Shown here: positions 36,414 to 41,559 of the stretch, piece after piece
Numbering within the stretch: position 1 is the first letter of the stretch
Layout of the letters: each line of letters begins with the position of its first letter
NCBI GenBank assembly: GCA_035291705.1
Contig: DATDRM010000139.1
Coordinates: forward strand, 1-41,559
Direction: 5' to 3'
DNA: 41,559 nucleotides
DNA from: Anaerolineales bacterium
GTDB taxonomy: Bacteria; Chloroflexota; Anaerolineae; Anaerolineales; UBA4823
The notes under the pieces: generated by a model
Database searches by the model: none
Told to the model about the DNA's origin: nothing
The model's input: the letters and a program-made list of their open reading frames with translations, nothing else
Program-made: the position numbers and the translations under genes

Positions 36414-37357
36414 GCCAGGAGATTCAGGAAGAGGGCTCTGACCAGGGTCCATTGAAGCCGACCCGGCAGAGCGTTTTCGATTCAGGCAATGCCACCTGGT
36501 GGGAGGGGGGTGAGAAGATCAAGATCGGCCAATCCTTTGCGCCGCGCAAACTTGACACCCCCCTGGATCATTTAACCCGCAAGAAAACCGGCCGGCGCTC
36601 GCGCACTCACACCGAGCGCAAGCGCGGGCGCTATATCCAATCCCGGCCAGCCAAGGGCGAGGCCGACGATCTAGCCTTCGATGCCACCCTGCGCGCTGCG
36701 GCTCCCTACCAGCACCAGCGCCGCGAGCAGCGCAAGCGAGTGGCTTTCGCTATTCAGCCCAGCGACTTCCAGCGCAAGGTGCGCGTCAAGCGCACCGCTA
36801 ACCTGGTGCTTTTCGTCGTGGACGCTTCCTGGTCGATGGCCGTAGCCGAGAGGATGGTCGCCACGAAGGGCGCTATCCTTTCCCTGCTCACCGATGCCTA
36901 CCAGCGCCGCGATCGCGTCGGGCTGATCGTCTTCCAAAAGGACCGCGCCACCATGGTGCTGCCCCCCACCAATTCGATCCAGCTGGCCCGCCGTGCCTTG
37001 GCCGATATCCCCGTCGGTGGGAAAACACCGCTTTCCGCCGGCCTGTACCTGGCGCACCAGATCATCTTTCGCGAGCGGACGCTCCATCCAGACGTGATGC
37101 CGTTGCTTATCCTGCTCACCGATGGAGCCGGCAACGTCTCCATGAGCGGCCTGCCCCCCCAGGCGGAGGCTCACCGCATCGCTGACCGGCTCACCGATGA
37201 CAGGATTCGCTGTGTGGTCATCAATATGGAACATGCAGCCTTCGACCAGGGGCTGGCCCAGGCCCTGGCCGAGCACCTGGCTGCCCCCTGCTACACCCTA
37301 AGCGAGCTGAAGGCCGAAAACCTGTACCGCGCCGTGCGCGAAGAGATGGGGGGATGA
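36407..37357 (+). CDS. chlD: VWA/MIDAS domain equivalent to the C-terminal half of ChlD/BchD; probably made as a -1 frameshift fusion to 35319..36407
   Basis: The MIDAS motif is VVDASWSM, followed by RDRVGLIVFQKDRATMVLPPTNS...IPVGGKTPLSAGL...LLILLTDGAGN. The only in-frame start before the domain is TTG 36452, which has no SD. The frame is continuous back into the A10 run. Confidence 0.6.
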   Translation, partial: GVSQEIQEEGSDQGPLKPTRQSVFDSGNATWWEGGEKIKIGQSFAPRKLDTPLDHLTRKKTGRRSRTHTERKRGRYIQSRPAKGEADDLAFDATLRAAAPYQHQRREQRKRVAFAIQPSDFQRKVRVKRTANLVLFVVDASWSMAVAERMVATKGAILSLLTDAYQRRDRVGLIVFQKDRATMVLPPTNSIQLARRALADIPVGGKTPLSAGLYLAHQIIFRERTLHPDVMPLLILLTDGAGNVSMSGLPPQAEAHRIADRLTDDRIRCVVINMEHAAFDQGLAQALAEHLAAPCYTLSELKAENLYRAVREEMGG

Positions 37358-37425
37358 AGCGTGATGCGTGATGCGTGATACGTAACGCGAGGCGTAAATT
37401 GAAAAAATGTCTAGATATTGCAGAA

Positions 37426-38937
37426 ATGAGTAAACAACTCTCATTTTTTTCAATATCCTCAATTCAATTGCTCATTCTACTCTTTACAACTGTTCTCGCT
37501 GCTTGCACCGAGGTTGGCGCCAGCCAGCCCCAGTCCACCACCACGCCGACCATCGCTCCACAGTCGTCTGCTCCTGTTAAAGCAACAGCCAGCCCATCCT
37601 CCCAGGCGATGCCCTCCCAGACTCCGCTCCAACCCGAGTTGCCCTTCAGCCAATACTCTCTGTCTGCCGTCCTGGACTATGATCTGCATTCCCTGACCGT
37701 GGAAGAGGGAATCCATTATGTGAACCACGCCAGCGCGCCGCTGCCCGACCTGCTCCTGCTGGTCGAACCTAATCGCTATCTCGGCGGGTTTACCCTGAAG
37801 GAGATTGCCTGGGAGGACGGCTCACCGGTCTCCGGCTATGCCCTGTCTGGCCCTGAACTGCGCCTGCCATTGGAACAACCTTTGCAGCCTGGAGCCAGCC
37901 TCGGCTTATCTTTATCCTATGAAATCAACCTTCCGCAACAGCTAGCGCCCTTCGGCTACACCGAGCGCCAGGCCAACCTGGGGAACTGGTATCCCTACGC
38001 CCCGCCTTTCACCCCCGGCGGGGGTTGGTTGGTGCGCGCCGACGCCGATTATGGAGAACATTTAGCATATGACATGGCCGACTTCCAGGTCGAGATCCGG
38101 CTGGCGCGTCCCTCCGCCGCCACCGGCGAGCCGCTGACGGTAGCAGCCAGTGCGCTGCCGCAAATCGACGGGGACACTTACCGTTACCGGCTGGCAGCGG
38201 CGCGCAACTTCGCCTGGTCGGTCAGCCACCTTTACCAGGTGCAGTCGGCGACCGTAGAAGGCATCACGGTGACCGCTTACTCCTTCCCTTTCCATCCATC
38301 GGCCGACGAACCGGCTCTGCTTGGGACAGCCAAAGCCCTGTCTGCCTTCAACGAACTGTTCAGCCCCTACCCGCACGACAGCCTGAGCGTGGTCGAGGGC
38401 GACTTCCTGGACGGCATGGAATACGATGGCCTGATCTTCTTGAGCCATGCCTTCTATGACTTCTATCCCGGCGATCAGAAGAGCAACCTGGCCCTCATCG
38501 CCGCCCACGAGGTCGCCCACCAGTGGTGGTATGGCCTGGTCGGCAATGACCAGGCCGACGAGCCCTGGCTAGACGAGGCGCTGAGCACCTACAGCGAGCT
38601 GTTATTCTATGAGAAGGTCTACCCCGACCTGGCAGACTGGTGGTGGCAGAACCGCATCTACTTCCATAAGCCGGAAGGGTGGGTGGACAGTTCGATCTAC
38701 GCCTACGGCCTTAATGACTTCTATCCCTATCGCAACGCCGTCTACTTGCGCGGAGCGCTGTTCCTGGGGGAATTGCGCCAGGTGATGGGGGACGAAGCCT
38801 TTTTTGATTTCCTGCACGACTACTTGGGTCAATTCACCTACCGCCAGGCCACCGGCGACGATTTTTTCGCCCTGCTGGCAGAGCATACCTCCGCCGACCT
38901 GAGCAACCTGATCGACGCTTACTTCGCCAACCGCTGA
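37426..38937 (+). CDS. M1-family (gluzincin) metallopeptidase lipoprotein, paralog 1
   Basis: The lipobox is LFTTVLAAC. An S/T/P-rich linker follows. The zinc site is AAHEVAHQWWYGLVGNDQADEPWLDEALSTY (HExxH-X18-E). Confidence 0.8.
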   Translation: MSKQLSFFSISSIQLLILLFTTVLAACTEVGASQPQSTTTPTIAPQSSAPVKATASPSSQAMPSQTPLQPELPFSQYSLSAVLDYDLHSLTVEEGIHYVNHASAPLPDLLLLVEPNRYLGGFTLKEIAWEDGSPVSGYALSGPELRLPLEQPLQPGASLGLSLSYEINLPQQLAPFGYTERQANLGNWYPYAPPFTPGGGWLVRADADYGEHLAYDMADFQVEIRLARPSAATGEPLTVAASALPQIDGDTYRYRLAAARNFAWSVSHLYQVQSATVEGITVTAYSFPFHPSADEPALLGTAKALSAFNELFSPYPHDSLSVVEGDFLDGMEYDGLIFLSHAFYDFYPGDQKSNLALIAAHEVAHQWWYGLVGNDQADEPWLDEALSTYSELLFYEKVYPDLADWWWQNRIYFHKPEGWVDSSIYAYGLNDFYPYRNAVYLRGALFLGELRQVMGDEAFFDFLHDYLGQFTYRQATGDDFFALLAEHTSADLSNLIDAYFANR

Positions 38938-38965
38938 GCGGGGATCAGAGTAGTGTGGTATACGC

Positions 38966-40606
38966 ATGAACACGGAAATCAGGGATAATAGAAAAGGCTT
39001 CTCTAAAATCAGTGTAATTCCGCGCAAATCCGTGAACCATACTTCCCATTATTTGCTCCCCGCGCGGCTGTTGCTGATTCTGGCCATACTTGTCATCTTT
39101 TTTACAGCCTGCACGAGCCAGGTCCCCGCGCCGGCGACATCCATCTCACCCGGCCTAACTCAAACCACTCCACCGCCCGAAGCAAGGGCTATCACGGAAA
39201 CAGCGCTTCCCCCCACCCAGACTCAATCTCCGACTGCCTCCCCCATCGCCGGCGATCCGCTGGCCACTCCCCCGCCAGAAGAAGAAAAGAACCCTAACAC
39301 CCAATATATCCTCACCGTCGAAATGGATTACGCCCGCCACCACTTGACGGTCGCAGAGCAAATCGTTTATACCAATCGTTCGGCCGAGCGAAGCTCGACC
39401 GAGCCAATTCCCGATCTGCTGCTGATCGTCGAGCCGACACGCTACCCGGCCGTGTTCCATCTGAAGAGCCTGTCCTGGCAGGACGGGCGGCCCGTCGAAG
39501 ACTACCAGCAGGATCTCGGGCAGTTGCACATCCCCCTGCCGCAGCCCCTGCCTCTCGGTGAGGCAGTGACCCTATCGATATCTTACGAACTGGACCTGCC
39601 CTCCCCCGACCCGACTTTTTATGGGCGGCCGGTGCCCTTCGGCTACTCCCCTCGCCAGGCCAACCTGGTCGACTGGTACCCTTTCCTGCCCCCCTATCTC
39701 CCCGGGCAGGGCTGGCAGGCGCACCAGGCCGGCCCCTTCGGCGAACATCTCGTGTACGAATCTGCTGATTTCCAGGTGAACATCCGCCTCGAAGATTCCA
39801 ACCAGGATCTGCTCATTGCCGCCAGCGCACCCGCCGCGCGCGATGGGGACTGGTATCGCTACCGGCACGCCTCGGCCCGCAACTTCGCCTGGTCGGTCAG
39901 CGACCAGTACGTGGTGTCCACGGCCCAAGTTGGCCCGCTGACGGTCCTGGGCTACGCCTTCCCGGTAAACGCCGCGGCCGGCGAGACCGCCCTGCAGGCG
40001 ACCGCCGATGCCCTGGTTCTCTTCAACGACCTGTACGGCCCGTATCCTCATGAGACTTTAACGCTCGTCGAAGCCGACTTCCTGGACGGCATGGAGTACG
40101 ACGGCCTGTACTTCCTGAGCAAGGGCTTCTACAACCTGTACTCCGGCACACCGGCGGATTATCTTACTGCCATCGCCGCCCACGAGACCGCCCACCAGTG
40201 GTGGTACGGCCTGGTGGGCAACGACCAGGCCCTCGAACCCTGGCTGGACGAAGCCCTGTGCACCTATAGCGAGCGCATCTTCTACGAAAACCTGCACCCC
40301 GAGGCGCTCGATTGGTGGTGGACCTATCGCATAAACTACTTTAAGCCGGAAGGCTGGGTGGATGGCAGCATCTACAACCCGCAGGGATACCGCGCTTACC
40401 ACCACGCCGTCTATCTCAACGGGGCCGTGTTCCTGGAGGACCTGCGCCAGGCGATCGGCGATCAGGCTTTCTTCGCTTTTCTTTCGGGCTATGCTGAGCA
40501 GTACACTCACCGGGTGGCGACGGGCGATGATTTCTTTGCCATGCTGGGGAACCACAGCATGACCGATTTAACGCTTCTGCTCGACGAGTATTTTCAGAAC
40601 CATTGA
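38966..40606 (+). CDS. M1-family (gluzincin) metallopeptidase lipoprotein, paralog 2
   Basis: The lipobox is VIFFTAC. A P/T-rich linker follows. The zinc site is AAHETAHQWWYGLVGNDQALEPWLDEALCTY. It is collinear with paralog 1 over the whole catalytic region. Confidence 0.8.
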   Translation: MNTEIRDNRKGFSKISVIPRKSVNHTSHYLLPARLLLILAILVIFFTACTSQVPAPATSISPGLTQTTPPPEARAITETALPPTQTQSPTASPIAGDPLATPPPEEEKNPNTQYILTVEMDYARHHLTVAEQIVYTNRSAERSSTEPIPDLLLIVEPTRYPAVFHLKSLSWQDGRPVEDYQQDLGQLHIPLPQPLPLGEAVTLSISYELDLPSPDPTFYGRPVPFGYSPRQANLVDWYPFLPPYLPGQGWQAHQAGPFGEHLVYESADFQVNIRLEDSNQDLLIAASAPAARDGDWYRYRHASARNFAWSVSDQYVVSTAQVGPLTVLGYAFPVNAAAGETALQATADALVLFNDLYGPYPHETLTLVEADFLDGMEYDGLYFLSKGFYNLYSGTPADYLTAIAAHETAHQWWYGLVGNDQALEPWLDEALCTYSERIFYENLHPEALDWWWTYRINYFKPEGWVDGSIYNPQGYRAYHHAVYLNGAVFLEDLRQAIGDQAFFAFLSGYAEQYTHRVATGDDFFAMLGNHSMTDLTLLLDEYFQNH

Positions 40607-41140
40607 GCCAACGTACCGGGTCTGGTGCATTATCATTATTTAACCCAAGTTGCTACCCTGAAGGAAACCGCCACCTATTGTCATGCTGAGCGGAGCGAAG
40701 CATCCCTGGAACGTTCGTTTTAGTAGAATCTACAGGGATTATTCGCCCCCCAACTCGCTCCTTCATCTAGCCTTACCTAAGGACAAGGCTATAGGATGCT
40801 CAGAATTACACATAGCAACGTGAGTTATTTATTAGAATTAATATAAGTGATTCTTTCGTCGTAGTAGTAGAGGCTGGGGATATGTGGAGAAAAAGGGGTT
40901 TGGGTGATCTTGTCCGTAAATGTGGGGCAATGGGTGAGGACAAAGGCAAATGCGGGGGACACAGGGGGCGATTTTATCCCCAGCCGGAAGGGGATAAGTT
41001 GTGGGCGATATGTGCAGTTTTGGCTGCCCTAAAGAGCGTTTCGCCATCTGGGTCTGCGTGAGAAAACCCCGCCAGATATGGGGGTGGGGTTTGCGGCGAT
41101 AATTCGAACAAACGGACGAAGAATCCCCAATTCGAGGCAT

Positions 41141-41149
41141 TTATCCACA
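41141..41149 (+). promoter_or_regulatory. Perfect DnaA box TTATCCACA
   Basis: This is an exact 9-mer in non-coding DNA. Confidence 0.6.
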
Positions 41150-41161
41150 GTTTTCCGCGAG

Positions 41162-41170
41162 TTATCCACA
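41162..41170 (+). promoter_or_regulatory. Perfect DnaA box TTATCCACA (same orientation, 21 bp from the first)
   Basis: This is an exact 9-mer in non-coding DNA. Confidence 0.6.
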
Positions 41171-41245
41171 CAAAACACGCCCAGGGATTCGCCATGCTGC
41201 GCACCCACACCCCCATATATGGCAACAAAAACCGGAAATTGGTAC

Positions 41246-41273
41246 TTGACAAAGCGCAAAATTAGACTATAAT
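41246..41273 (+). promoter_or_regulatory. Consensus-type promoter TTGACA-16-TATAAT
   Basis: TTGACA is at 41246..41251 and TATAAT at 41268..41273. It lies about 100 nt upstream of the ATG at 41372. Confidence 0.6.
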
Positions 41274-41299
41274 CTATGTTAGATATATATCTAACATAG
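41274..41299 (+). promoter_or_regulatory. Perfect 26-bp palindromic operator immediately after the -10
   Basis: The sequence is CTATGTTAGATAT|ATATCTAACATAG. Extra half-site-like copies are TATCTAAC (41305..41312) and TGTCTAAT (41321..41328). Confidence 0.6.
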
Positions 41300-41371
41300 T
41301 CGTGTATCTAACGCAGCTATATGTCTAATTGTACAGATCCGGTTGAGGTGTGTGTCTGTTGGGAGGACGCC

Positions 41372-41559
41372 ATGAACGAGATCTACTACAACTACATCCG
41401 CCACAAGAACGAGCATATTCTCCAGTCTGTCCGGGTTGAGAAGGAGCTCCAGGCGCAACGAGCGAATAGAACTGGCCTGCGGGAGCGCCTGCTGCTCTCC
41501 CTGAGCGATGCCTTGCTCGCTCTGAGCCTGCGCATCCGGCCGGAGGAGATCCGCCCCTC
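41372..41559 (+). CDS. Hypothetical protein, 5' part only (runs off the window)
   Basis: GGGAGGA RBS (41361..41367) precedes ATG 41372. The product is MNEIYYNYIRHKNEHILQSVRVEKELQAQRANRTGLRERLLLSLSDALLALSLRIRPEEIRP..., open to the window end. I recognise no family. Confidence 0.5.
   Translation, partial: MNEIYYNYIRHKNEHILQSVRVEKELQAQRANRTGLRERLLLSLSDALLALSLRIRPEEIRP

Noticed and set aside
35319-37357. I considered that ChlI/ChlD plus the PucC-family transporter mark a photosynthesis gene cluster.
   Set aside because: No bchH/chlH, bchL/N/B, puf or other pigment genes occur anywhere in 41 kb, and the two loci are separated by housekeeping genes. A cobalt-chelatase or other role is at least as likely.
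37359-37379. GCGTGAT is repeated three times in tandem between the VWA gene stop and the M1 peptidase gene.
   Set aside because: It is only 21 bp and partly overlaps the stop codon region. It has no obvious structure or partner site and is probably incidental slippage.
40838-41272. Four mutually overlapping ORFs of 64 to 100 aa lie in the last intergenic region.
   Set aside because: They overlap each other on both strands, are Gly/Trp/Pro/Arg-rich, lack RBSs, and coincide with the DnaA-box cluster. I treat the region as non-coding.
1-41559. I searched for mobile elements, prophage, a defence island, CRISPR arrays, tRNA and rRNA.
   Set aside because: I saw no integrase, transposase or recombinase motifs, no terminal inverted or direct repeat pairs, no spacer-repeat arrays and no tRNA-like cloverleaf candidates on either strand. 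The absence is by eye only.

Overview
This is a 41.6 kb chromosomal segment. By eye it is GC-rich, with a few visibly lower-GC genes; nothing was computed. Gene content suggests a Chloroflexota (Anaerolineae/Caldilineae-like) bacterium, but that is an inference. The supporting signs are Pro/Thr-rich linkers on many lipoproteins, several GT-C glycosyltransferases, and a Gram-positive-type GAAC-N4-GTTC SOS box. I support about 38 protein-coding genes. Housekeeping genes are rpsA, clpC, radA, holA, lipB, slyD and an Hsp20. Envelope and secreted functions include four large GT-C-like membrane proteins, two tandem M1 peptidases, a peptidase_MA-like protein, a phosphodiester glycosidase and a TolB-like lipoprotein. 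Regulatory modules are a LuxR pseudo-receiver with two S1C proteases, a truncated sensor kinase, a MerR-like protein and an FHA protein. I saw no rRNA, tRNA, CRISPR array, transposase or integrase. The items most worth a second look are: (1) an A10 run containing A_AAA_AAG at the end of a ChlI-like AAA+ gene, where a -1 shift fuses it to the downstream VWA ORF to rebuild a ChlD-type protein (frameshift or homopolymer error); (2) a near-consensus promoter carrying two LexA-type boxes in an 18-bp inverted repeat, driving an unrecognised 89-aa ORF; (3) a 765-bp non-coding region with two perfect TTATCCACA DnaA boxes, several near-matches and an AT-rich stretch; (4) in that AT-rich stretch, a TTGACA/TATAAT promoter followed by a perfect 26-bp palindrome upstream of an unknown gene; (5) a LuxR regulator whose receiver domain has lost every phospho-acceptor residue, coupled to two HtrA-like proteases. 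All family calls come from motif recognition by eye, not from searches.
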